The notes beneath the pieces were generated by a model. It ran no database searches and was not told where the DNA came from. It was given only the letters and a program-made list of their open reading frames with translations. The position numbers and the translations under genes were made by a program. A DNA stretch of 63,887 bases, filler included, from Octopus bimaculoides (Eukaryota): NCBI RefSeq assembly GCF_001194135.2. It is 5 parts of 4 records of this genome, joined end to end, with 100 filler letters (N's around TTAATTAATTAA, not from the genome) between each part and the next. Parts side by side here need not be neighbours in the genome. Positions count along the whole stretch, not along the records: positions 41,917 to 55,193 come from NC_068982.1; positions 55,294 to 62,630 come from NC_068983.1; 3 more parts are not named here. The stretch is one strand, 5' to 3'. Below are positions 48,735-59,691 of the stretch, in pieces. The stretch's first letter is position 1. Every line of letters starts with the position of its first letter.

Positions 48735-49142
48735 TTTTTTATGCGCCCTTTTAAAGCCTAGCCAGGCTCATGGGCCCGGTTTCTTAGTTTCTATGGCATA
48801 TGTGTGTGCCCCACTCCCTTAGCTGGATGGGACGCCAGTCCATCGCAGCGTTACTCAAGAAACAGGAGGAAAGAGTGAGAGAAAGTTGGAGCGAAAGAGT
48901 ACTACGTTGATTATTAGGCACTCTTGTTTGTCCCTCCTAAAGGTTACTATATCTGGTCTTCGGTAATCCAACACCTTGAACTGTCTGGAAATCAAAGTCC
49001 CAGAGGATTTTTGCCTTGCCCTTTTCTGGAGCTTTAAGTGTTTTCGCTCAATAAACACACACAACGCCCGGTCTGGGAATCGAAACCGCGATCCTCCGAC
49101 CGCGAGTCCGCTGCCGTAACGAATGGGCCATTGTGCCTCCAC
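48735..49142 (-). mobile_element. SINE family C carrying a 126-bp LINE-derived insert
   Basis: Similar to 57003-57305. The insert at 48902-49027 matches 50983-51107. Confidence 0.85.
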
Positions 49143-50006
49143 AGATCCTGGAGGTATGTAAATGTAAATCAAAGTAACTTTCGGAGGGATCGATTCAAAA
49201 AATAAAAGACTACAGCTAATATTGATTATTGATAAGACAGATGGTCAGAAATTCGGAGGAGGGGGTTTTAGTGGGCGAAATCGACCCCATTATTTCACTG
49301 ATACTTTGAGAGATAAAGATAATATCGGCATGATTTGAGCTCAGTAAATTGCCAGTACCAATTATAATACTTGTGAACTTTAGCACGGACCCACATATTT
49401 TGAAAGATGGAGTATCAGTTTAAATATATACTGTACCTAAGTGGCTCTTATTTCGTTGACCACTGAGGATTCAAAGGTAATACAGCTTAAGCTGGATTCG
49501 AACACAGAGCGTAAAGTGATATAGTAAGTAAAGACGAAGGTATTTTTAACCCTCATTTTATCGCTCCTACAAGCCCTTGCTCTCAACGACAACGATGATG
49601 ATGATGTTGTTGTTGTTGAAGATGACGACAACGACAACGACGACGACGACGATAAAAATAAATAGAAATAATAATCATTTTGGTATAGCAGATAAAGAAA
49701 TAGAATTAGCAGAAGTTTAAGCGAACGTTAAGTTACCGTTTAAGTGAGCGGGTCACCTTCAAGGCAGATGGGTTTTGTGATGTCTGACAATATGGCAACA
49801 GTTTCTAATGAGAACTTCAGTGTCTTGTCAGTTATTTATCTTTAGAAACAGACAATAGTGACTTTTGTTAGTAAAGCTTTCAAGCGAGAGATTTTAGGTG
49901 AATATTCTTGTTAGTCTTAGGTTTTGATGTTGTTGGTTTTAAAAGTTTTAGCTTTATATAATGTTGTTTTAAATGTTGTTTTCAATTGATAATGATGTTG
50001 AGGCTG

Positions 50007-50078
<72 letters not shown>

Positions 50079-50081
<3 letters not shown>

Positions 50082-50350
50082 TAGTTTTATTTTTATAACG
50101 TGCTTTCACTTCACTACCGAGCGCAGCTCTGTGCGCCTTGGGTATGTGCTGTGGTTTGCTGTGGTGCTCTTATGTTTACTGTATTGAAACTGTTTTGCGT
50201 AGAATGTGTGCAGTACCCAGTAGTGCAATTTTCTGTATGTTATATATATTTGTAAGTCCTGGGGTTTTTGTTATGTATTTGTCTGAATATTTTTTTATTA
50301 TACCTAAAGCACCTACTATGATAGGAATTGTTTCTGTTTTTAGATTCCAC
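50079..50350 (-). mobile_element. R4/Dong-like (RLE) LINE 3' end within (TAA)n
   Basis: WNLKTETIPIIVGALGII...IQKIALLGTAHILRKTVSIQ* plus 3' UTR, with (TAA)n on both sides. Confidence 0.8.
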
Positions 50351-50396
<46 letters not shown>

Positions 50397-50397
50397 A

Positions 50398-50569
50398 TGG
50401 CGGTGAGCTGGCAGAATCGTTAGCACACCGAGTTCAAATTCCGCCGAGGTCGACTTTGCTTTTCATCCTTTCGGAGTCGATAACTTAAATTCCAGTGAAA
50501 CACTGGGGTCGATGTAATCGACTAGTCCCCTCTCCCAAAATTTCAGGCCGTGTGACTATAGTAGAAAAG

Positions 50570-50570
<1 letters not shown>
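50398..50570 (+). mobile_element. SINE family B with (ATT)n tail
   Basis: GGCGGTGAGCTGGCAGAATCGTTAGC...GAGTTCAAATTCCGCC. Confidence 0.8.
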
Positions 50571-50625
<55 letters not shown>

Positions 50626-50631
50626 TACTAT

Positions 50632-51352
50632 AGACATCGCACAGTATACAATATCGTGAGATTGTTGATTGAAGATATTGGGATTTGTACTGTTTGTCAA
50701 TTCACAAGGACCTCAGACAGACAGTACTTTACGCAATATGCGTGCTGTTCCAAGGAATGCCGACTTGTTCAATGCATCTAGATTTTAGGGTATTTGTAAA
50801 GTTTTCAGATGCTTTCTTTTTCTGGTTGGGTGGTATTGAGCCTAATGCTCTGATGACAATAGGGATAATCTTTATGTTCGACTCTCGCAGCTGTCACATC
50901 TTAGCGATCTCACTGCTCAGGTCTCCATATTTATCAACTTTTTCTCTTTCTTTCATGATGATATGTTGAACTTTTGGCACTGCTACGTTGATTATTAGGC
51001 ACTCTTGTTTTTCCCTCCTAAAGGTTACTATATCTGGTCTTCGGTAATCCAACACCTTGTCTGTCTGGAAATCAAAGTCCCAGAGGATTTTTGCCTTCCC
51101 CTTTTCTTCCATTACCTTTTCCGGTGTACGTTGGTACCAAGCACCCGTAACCTCATATCCATACTTACGGCATAGTAGCCAGTGGAGGTTGTGGGCTACT
51201 TTGTCGTGTCTACGTTTGTACTATTTCTGCGCAAGACTTTCACAAGCACTAACAATGTGAGTCACACTTTCGACCCTCTCCCCACACATTCTGTAGAGGT
51301 CCGATGCACTTGTGTGGTATATATTGTTTTTGGTTGAGTTGGTATTCAATAC
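50632..51352 (-). mobile_element. R4/Dong-like LINE, CCHC knuckle plus restriction-like endonuclease domain
   Basis: CRMCGERVESVTHIVSAC...RHDKVAHNLHW...KILWDFDFQTDKVLDYRRPDIV...INVAVP...EKVDKYGDL...IPIVI.ALG...LGTARILRKVL. Flanked by (TAA)n. Confidence 0.88.
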
Positions 51353-51369
51353 CTTATTATTATTCTTGT

Positions 51370-51575
51370 GGAGGCGCGTGGCTTAGTGGTTAGGGTGTTG
51401 GCCTCACGATCGTGAGATTGAGGTTACGATTCCTGAACCGTGCGAAGTGTTGTGTTCTTAAGCAAAACACTTCATTTCTCGTTGCTTTAGCACACTTAGA
51501 TGGCAAAAATGAATAATCCTTAGATGGACCGGTGTCCCGTCTAGGTGAAGAATATATACGCCAGTCTATATCACT
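51370..51575 (+). mobile_element. SINE family E
   Basis: GGAGGCGCGTGGCTTAGTGGTTAGG tRNA-like head. Confidence 0.7.
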
Positions 51576-51732
51576 CAAGAAGGAACTTTACTTTCAAATG
51601 CCACTGAGTTCGACTTTGCTTTTCAACCTTTCGGGGTCAAGGAAATAAGTACCAGTTAAACACTGGGGTCAATGTAATCGACTAGTCGCAACCCCAAATT
51701 TGAGGCTTGGCGTCTCTAGTAGAAAGGATTAC

Positions 51733-51793
<61 letters not shown>

Positions 51794-52258
51794 GAGAGAG
51801 AGTGCAGTGCATGCCAAAAAGTGACATTGGGGNNNNNNNNNNNNNNNNNNNNNNNNNNNNNNNNNNNNNNNNNNNNNNNNNNNNNNNNNNNNNNNNNNNN
51901 NNNNNNNNNNNNNNNNNNNNNNNNNNNNNNNNNNNNNNNNNNNNNNNNNNNNNNNNNNNNNNNNNNNNNNNNNNNNNNNNNNNNNNNNNNNNNNNNNNNN
52001 NNNNNNNNNNNNNCAGCGCATGACCTTGCAGGTGGGGACACTGTTAGAAATTTCTTCAGGTCGAGTAGGTCATCCAGTTCAAAAGGTCCCTGATGAAGGG
52101 TTGTTTAAGGATGTTGAACTAAACACCCATGTTTCCAGAGGTGAATTAGCCAAACCCAAAAGAATCATTCTTAACACATGGCTATGATGCTCCCCCACTA
52201 CTTCTGCTAGTGATCAGAGATGCACATATCGTCAACCACTAAGGGACATATTCAACTG

Positions 52259-52300
<42 letters not shown>

Positions 52301-54229
52301 GTACATTCTGAGTTCAAATTCCGCCGATGTTGACTTTGCCTTGTATCCTTTCGGGGTCAAAAAATTAGGTACTAGTTTAAAACTTGGAGCCGACACATCC
52401 CCTCTCCCAAAATGGCAAAATTTGAAACCATTCTTATTATTGTTGTTATTTAATTCGTTGATATTGAACTTTTGCTTCCGATGGGATGATATTTATTCTA
52501 TTAAACGTTGTTGATCATTACGGTGTTTTATTTATATTCCTTTTGTATTTTTCTTTTTGTGATATTTGCAAAATAGTGGATATAGATAGGTTAACAGGAT
52601 GTTGTGACAGATGGTTTTATTATCTAGTTCATAGACCAATGTTCTGTGTTCTAATATGCCAAAGTATCCTAATTCAACTTTTTTCAATTCGGTGTCAGAA
52701 TGAATACCAAGTGGTGTTCTAATTAAAAGATGCCTTTGATCAAAAATGTTTTACTCTTAATCCCTCTTTTCTCTCCCTTTCTCGCTCTCTTTCTTTCTCC
52801 CTTTCTAGTGCATTGTATATTATCAAGGACAACATTATCCAAAGATATTCCAAATAATGTTCAAATTAACCACCTATCAAGAGATTTTGTGTTAAGTTAC
52901 ACATGTTTGCATCGCACCGTAACTATATTAGACTGAATAGCCTTCTAATTTACTGCTGTTGTGAGTCTTTGATTTAATTCCACTGGCTTAATAGAAGAAG
53001 GTGGAGCAATTTAATTTGTATTGTTCGTTTTGAAAGTTTGGGGCGGTACTTGAACTGGTTCGGGACAAATTGGTAGAAGCTAACGAAATATTAGTCTATC
53101 ATTTGTCACAGCCTCGCCAATATTTCTGAATGCATTCATTGCAAAACGCCTTAAGATTATCAAAAGACACATCCAGAAAATACTTCCCAGAAAGGAAACA
53201 TGGCGGAGTTCAAATCCCAAAGCATGCAACGTAAAAGAAATAGAATAAACAAAATAAAAACAGCACAAGTGATCTTGGTACGTAACAGGTTCAACATCAG
53301 AAAAAGCAAATGTATATCACTCGGCAAAATCGTTCAAATGTTTTTATATAATTTAAAAGTTAAAATTATTCATATGATGATAGTTAAATATTAATTCGGC
53401 TTATTTAGCAGTTTTTTTTATTCAATATATGACTTGCGGAAATTTCTTCAGTTGATGTATTTAGAATAAAATGAACTGTGAAATTTGCATTGTTTTATGT
53501 TTGCAATTTAATTATCATACTTAACTAGACAATATTATATCGGTTCTAATTTTGAATTTAATGGTGTATTTTCGAATCGCATAACGGCTCTTAAATGATC
53601 TTTCACACAGTCTTCAGTGTTTTTAAAATGCCTATCACTCATTCCTATACACCATTAAATTTTCTCTCCTGTATTACTATGACATCGTAAATCTGAACCT
53701 GGATTAATGGACCAGTTATAGATGGCTACCCTCCCGAAATTTTACCAAATCACAAACTGAGCGAAGTTGATTGAAAACCCGCAGCACATCAACCCCTCAT
53801 CTTTATCTGAGGATTGTATTACGAAATGAAACTATAAAGAAGGAAATATCATGTGACCTGGGCTAATATACATAATTTTACTTTAAGTACTGAGTTTCTT
53901 CAATTTTTCCGTAAAAACATCTTGTAACAATTACAACTAGCAAAAATCCCTCAGTAAATACACACACACACACACACACACGCACGCACGCACACTCACG
54001 CACAGAAGTACGTTAATTTTGGAATTAAGGCTATCATTAGTTTCATGTTTAAAAAAATGAGGAAAATATCTTAAGATCTTCATTTTTCAAGCCGATCTTA
54101 AAATTGATAGAAGCTCACTTCCCACATTCACACAAATACCACAAGATTTTCAACAGAAACACTGTTAAAGTTAGCTATAGTTGCCTTCACAATATAGGTT
54201 CAGTAAAACTTAATCACAATAAAAATAAA

Positions 54230-54730
54230 CACACCAGAGATACCCGCGAATGACAATACAACCGTAGATCTCCAAACCGCTGCCCTCTAAACAACAACTG
54301 TCTCGAAAAAGAACTTGTATACAAGGCCAAGATCAGGGATCCCAACAGAGTAGCAAAGAAGTATATCGGAATGACGGGCAACTTGTCCAAGGAAAGGTAC
54401 ACACAACACCTGGCGTCATTCAGGGACAAACATTAAAAAAGCACGCAACATCCCTATCCAATATATGGACATTGAAAGAAAGTGGAATAAATAAGCCTCA
54501 TATAAAATGGAATATCACTGCTAAAGCCAGAAAATACAGAGGACGGGGTACCAAATGTGAACTTTGTATCACTGAAAAACTAAATATCATACAGTCAACA
54601 GATAACATCCTAAATATTAGGGATAGAATCTTATCTCTCTGCATACACCAGCAATATTTCACACTTAAACACTTCAAAAGGGAACCACCACCTGCACTTC
54701 TAACCCCACCAGGATTGCCCCTTTCCTGAA
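54230..54730 (+). mobile_element. Penelope-like element GIY-YIG fragment (second family)
   Basis: CPLNNNCLEKELVYKA...YIGMT...KERYTQHLASF... then, after a frameshift, W.LKE...IKWNI...CELCITEKLNII...LNIRDRILSLCIH. Confidence 0.85.
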
Positions 54731-55193
54731 CGTGAAATTTGAATATACATAACATACGAACTCCGCATACAAAAGAATAATGTCCCCATGACGAACTACC
54801 TCAGCACACAGGCATACGAACATCCCATACACTCAGAATATAATATATGATAATGCAAACAAACTTAACATCTGACAGGACTATGCGCCCAAAAGTCAAA
54901 CCTAGAGTAGATGGCCACTCAAAATTGGTCATCCAAGAGTAACACCCCTTGATTTATTACTTTCTTTAAGAAAATCTACGCAAATTCAACGACACTGTGA
55001 ATTTATCCAAAATGGGGACGAGCACCATTTTTCTATGTTAAGATTATTAACATATTGATAAATCGTTAAGATATTAAAATATTTTGCTATTTTTCTTAAC
55101 ATGAATCTAATAGTAGCCTTAATTCACAAATAAAGAAATTCTATCCGCTAATGCGGTGTTGAGCACTCATTTTCAACTTTCGACATTTACTTA

Positions 55194-55293
55194 NNNNNNN
55201 NNNNNNNNNNNNNNNNNNNNNNNNNNNNNNNNNNNNNTTAATTAATTAANNNNNNNNNNNNNNNNNNNNNNNNNNNNNNNNNNNNNNNNNNNN
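55194..55293. other. Artificial scaffold linker
   Basis: 44N-TTAATTAATTAA-44N. Confidence 0.97.
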
Positions 55294-55797
55294 TCTTGCC
55301 TCACCACCTCAGCCCAGGTCTTCCTGGGCCTACCTCTTCCACGGGTTCCCTCAACTGTTAGGGTGTGGCACTTTTTCACGCAGCTATCCTCATCCATTCT
55401 CACCACATGTCCATACCAGCGCAATCGTCTCTCTTGCACACCACAACTGATGCTTCTAATGTTCAGCTTTTCTCTCAAGATACTTACACTCTGACGGGTA
55501 TTCACATTGACATTACACATCCAACGGAGCATACTGGCTTCATTCCTTGCGAGCTTACGTATGTCCTCAGCAGTTACAGCCCATGCTTCACTGCCATGTA
55601 GCATGGCTGTTCATACGCACGCGTCATACAGTCTGCATTTTACTCCGAGTGAGAGTCCCTTTGTCGCCAGCAGGGGTAAGAGCTCTCTAAACTTTGCCCA
55701 GGCTATTCTTATCCTAGCAGCTACACTTTCAGCGCACCCACCCCCACTACTAACTTGGTCGCCCAGATAGCGGAAGCTATCGACTACCTCTAGTTTT
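55294..55797 (-). mobile_element. RTE-clade LINE, C-terminal ORF fragment
   Basis: KLEVVDSFRYLG...AWAKFRELLPLL...LHGSEAW...RRLRWYGHVVRM...RGRGRPRKTW. Confidence 0.92.
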
Positions 55798-56137
55798 TCA
55801 CCCTGGAATGAGATAGAAGTTGTTTCCTGTTTGCTTACAGTCTTTATTGCACCTGAACACCTGCCACAAACAAAAACTAATATATATATATATACACATA
55901 CATCTACATATATCTACACATGCACACACACACACACACATATTGCAGATAAAGAAGTAAATCTTGAATGCAATACAGCTGTGACAACAGCAGAAAGATT
56001 GGATATTTTTCACCCTTACAAGATGGAAAAGAGTACCCAATCCTTCTGCTGTTTTTTCAGCTAAATGTATGTAGGTATGTATGTAGGTATGTATGCATGT
56101 GTATATGTATGTATGCATGTTTACACGTATGTGTGTA

Positions 56138-56170
<33 letters not shown>

Positions 56171-56183
56171 ATGTATGTATGTA

Positions 56184-56223
<40 letters not shown>

Positions 56224-56604
56224 TGTGTGTGTATGTGTATGTAAGTGAAAAGCAACAATAATTAAAAATCCTTCCTGAGACAAAATTTGATTGACATTCT
56301 CCCCTGCCAACCACATGAACCTAAGTTCATTCCTGCTGAGTAGCTTGGGCAATTGTCTTCTACTATAATCCCAAGCTGGCAAAAATGGGATCTCTGATGG
56401 ATCAGAATGAATTATTTCATTCTGTCTCATAAGAACCACAAACATAGAAACTGAAATTTTTTTTTTTATTAAACTGTTGGATGCTCATACTTTGAAACTG
56501 GTGGAAGAGTCCATCTTGTACTTTGTGTGTATGTGTGTGTTTGTGCATAAGGCCAAGATTAATGGAACACAGACAATGAAAATACTTTCAATGTTTCATT
56601 TCAG

Positions 56605-56913
56605 AGAGCAAGCCCTTGAAATCAGATTCAGAGAAGAAACCTGCCAATGACCAATCTAAAGACACAGATCCGACTACAACTGGTCCGGCAAAGCAGCAGC
56701 AGAAGCAGCAGCGGCAGTCTGGTCATTCTGGTCATTCGGAGTCAATGAAACACGAGGATATCATCATCAAAGCATCGGATAATGAACTGAAATCAAACAC
56801 TGAGCATGAAGACCCTTGTAATAAAATGGAATATCTTCGGTTCAAAGAAAAGTTACTTCATTTCCATTGCGAACGATTCCAAGAATCAGACTGCAACCAG
56901 GATACTAAAGAAT
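56605..56913 (+). CDS. Orphan internal exon (309 nt, phase 1-1) of an unidentified gene
   Basis: TTTCATTTCAG| acceptor and GAAT|GTAAGT donor. Single open frame SKPLKSDSEKKPANDQ...CERFQESDCNQDTKE; the other two frames close early. Confidence 0.6.
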
Positions 56914-57002
56914 GTAAGTTAACATTTAGCCAATCCCCTTTTTGTTGTTGTTATTTGGTATATTTAAACCTTTAGCATTTAAACTGGCTATATCTGGGAC
57001 AG

Positions 57003-57305
57003 TGGAGGTGCACTGGTCTAGTGGTTAGGGCAGCGGACTCGCGGTCGGAGGATCGTGGTTTCGATTCCCAGACTAGGCTTTGCGAGTGGTTATTGAGCAA
57101 AAACACCTAAGCTCCACGTGGCTCAGGCAGGGGGTGGTGGCGACCACTGTTGTACTTTTTCACCCCAAGTTTCTCTCACTCTTTCTTCCTGTTTCTTGAG
57201 TAATGCTGCGATGGACTGGCATCCCATCCAGCTGGGGGGAACACATACACCATAGAAACCAGGAAACCGAGCCCATGAGCCTGGCTAGGCTTTGAAAGGG
57301 CGATG
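57003..57305 (+). mobile_element. SINE family C, full length
   Basis: tRNA-like head, flanked by a 13-bp duplication at 56990-57002 / 57317-57329. Confidence 0.85.
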
Positions 57306-57401
57306 TTTATCGTTTTATATCTGGGACAGATATAAGGCAGCCATCTGGCAGAAGCATTACCGTGCTGGACAAATCGGTGGCCGACATTTCTTCCAGTGGT
57401 G

Positions 57402-57580
57402 GTGAGCTGGCAGAATCGTTAGCACACTGGACGAAATGCTTAGTGGTATTTCGCCTGTTGCTATATTCTGAGTTCAAATTTCACTCAGGTCGAATTTGCC
57501 TTCATCCTTTCAGGATCAATAAATGAAGTACCAGTGACCTACCCCTTCCCATAAATTTCAGGCCTTGTGACTATAGTAGA
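57402..57580 (+). mobile_element. SINE family B
   Basis: Similar to family B. The cassette is flanked by a 17-bp duplication at 57317-57333 / 57586-57602. Confidence 0.8.
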
Positions 57581-57934
57581 AAAAAATATCTGGGACAGAT
57601 ATTCCACCTCTCTTATGCTAAAAATATCCAGATCCAACCTCTCACACCTAACCTACAATGTCATTCTAGAAGCTCACCATTGAAATCTTGAAGTTACAAG
57701 ATAATGTGTGATTAATTAAATAAATGTGAATAAATAATCATTACATCTGACAAAGAAATCTGAAAGCTAAAGCATTTCTTCCTCCTGTCCTTCCTTGGTT
57801 TATCTTCTGCATAATTTCTATCTATGAAATTTCTATTCAGAGGCAAAGTGGCCGAGTTCCTTTCCAGTGTTGGGCCTCATGGAGTCAATGACCAAGACCT
57901 TTGGCATTATGTCGGGCTTGAAAAAAAGACCCAT

Positions 57935-58159
57935 CAAACCGAGCAAAATTGCAGTCATGGCAGATACTTGTGTCATGCAAATGGCACTTGTGCCGATGGC
58001 ACATAAAAGCACCCATTACACTTTCGGAGTGTTTGGTGTTAGGAAGGGCATCCAGCCATAGAAAACCATGCCAAATCAGACTGGAGTCTGGTGCAGCCTT
58101 CCAGTCTGCCAGCCCAGTCAAACTGTCCAACCCATGCTAGCATGGATAACAGATGTTAA

Positions 58160-58190
<31 letters not shown>
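57935..58190 (+). mobile_element. Family D repeat with (GAT)n tail
   Basis: Similar to 21770-22052. Confidence 0.75.
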
Positions 58191-58194
<4 letters not shown>

Positions 58195-59159
58195 GATGAT
58201 AATGAAGACATTGGTCAGGCCAAGGTTGGAATGCAAGACAGTAATCCAAAGCACTGTATAGAGGCATCAAAGCCCAGAACTCTTTGACTGCAGATAAATT
58301 TCTTAAAAACAGAACTTTTACCTTTAATGGCACCAAATATGGTAGAGTGGGGTACATATGGGCTTGGCTATGTTTAAGTTTTCTACCTCTGTATATGTGA
58401 CGGTATTGGGATTATGATCATAATGCCATGGGTTCAATTCTTAGACTGAGCAGTACATTGTGTTCATGAGCAAGGTATTACAGTTCCTATTTCTCCAGCT
58501 TGGTCAGTTGATAAGAAATACCAATTGAGTTCATGGGTATACCTCACTCAATCTTCAATGTACCACTGGGTCTAGGTGGGGGAAACCAAGACAGTATCTA
58601 TGTCTGCACACAATGGTATGTGCATCTAAAAGAGACTTAGCAAAACTATGGTACAAGTTTTCAGGTCCTATTCTCTTGTGAGTGACCACTAAGCCCTTAC
58701 TGTCCAACTTCAAACTTTAATTGGTCTGCAAAATAAAAAATAAATATTCTTACAGTTCTATGTTTAAGAGATGAGGAATTATGTACATAATTTACATTTG
58801 CGTGTACTCCATCCCAAGCAGCTGTGGTAGGTTATACAAAGGTGAAACATGTCGCCCCCTCAAAATAAGGGTAGATGAACATCGCAAAGCTGTGATACAA
58901 GGATATATTGATAAATTGGGTATAGCTGATCATGTATGGAAAAATAGAGACCACTTCCCCCTGTGGGATGAAGTTAAAATAATAGACAGAGAACACCACT
59001 GGAAAATATGAAAACTAAAAGAAGCAGCACATATGCTAGGACACAACAACCTCCTAAGCAGACTGAGTGCAGATATGAACAACATATGGGAACCTGTATT
59101 AAGGAATGATAGAAAAATATTAGATTTATAACCCCTAAAATTCACTCCATAATTACCCA

Positions 59160-59226
59160 CAGGCATATGGTGTAGTGGTTAAGAGCACGGGTTACTAACC
59201 CCAAGATTTCGAGTTCAATTCCAGGC
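59160..59226 (+). promoter_or_regulatory. tRNA-like Pol III internal promoter within the PLE 3' region
   Basis: A-box-like TGGTGTAGTGG at 59168-59178 and B-box-like GAGTTCAATTCC at 59211-59222. Confidence 0.6.
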
Positions 59227-59306
59227 ATGATAATAATAATAATGATAATAATAATAGCATCAAAAAATACCTTAGAAATGAGAACCCAGGTTCGAAATTT
59301 CTCCAA

Positions 59307-59352
59307 GACACCTGATGAAGGCTGGAGGATATATCAGCCGAAACATTGTGTT
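59307..59352 (+). ncRNA. Minimal type-I hammerhead ribozyme motif
   Basis: GACAC / CUGAUGA / A / GGCUG-10 nt-CAGCC / GAAACAU-U / GUGUU. Stem I has 5 bp. Stem III ACAU is one CpG-type change from the palindrome ACGU. Confidence 0.75.
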
Positions 59353-59443
59353 AACAACAAACAAGATGAGGACAAATATCCGTCACATGTAAATAATATA
59401 AATAATCTAAATATTCTTCTCAAAAATGTTATGATTAAAATTG

Positions 59444-59691
59444 TTGGGTTAGTGCATAATTATTGCAGCTTTTGTTCCAATGAATTCAACAAAAACAATA
59501 ATAATAATTAACAAAAACTTCTTTAAATGATGGTCTGACCATCTGCCAAGCAAATAGGAAGCAGTAATTGAAGTAGAAGGTGATTATGCTCCGGAATAAT
59601 CATTTAATGATGTTTTTTTGTTATATGTTGTTATTGTTTTTGTTGAATAAAATTTATTGGAAAAAGCCGCAATAATTATGCATCAACCCAA
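59444..59691 (+). mobile_element. Mariner internal-deletion derivative (~250 bp)
   Basis: TIRs TTGGGTTAGTGCATAATTATTGC / GCAATAATTATGCATCAACCCAA; internal LPSK.EAVIEVEGDYAPE*. Confidence 0.7.

Larger units (their letters stand above)
56964..57775. mobile_element. TTAA-type (piggyBac-like) MITE remnant split by two SINE insertions
   Basis: The left end TTAAACCTTTAGCATT and the right end AAAGCTAAAG share CTTTAGC/GCTAAAG. The target motif ATATCTGGGACAG occurs three times. Confidence 0.45.
58752..59407 (+). mobile_element. 5'-truncated Penelope-like insertion: inverted 5' piece, GIY-YIG remnant (58801-59131), tRNA-like segment, hammerhead
   Basis: 11-bp direct repeat TAAATATTCTT at 58741-58751 and 59408-59418; VYSIP..CGRLYKGETCRPLKIRVDEH...KLKEAAH... 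Confidence 0.88.

Noticed and set aside
1177-52093. Long ORFs in the track containing X runs or YI/CV/HT/ER/LSIY repeats
   Set aside because: They are translations of N gaps and di- or tetranucleotide microsatellites, not genes.
52089-52125. CTGATGAA followed by a GGGTTGTTTA/TAAACACCC hairpin
   Set aside because: Lacks GAAA after the hairpin.
59160-59226. Possible genuine tRNA gene
   Set aside because: No pairing acceptor stem, and it is embedded in a retroelement. It is treated as a tRNA-derived promoter segment, like the SINE heads.
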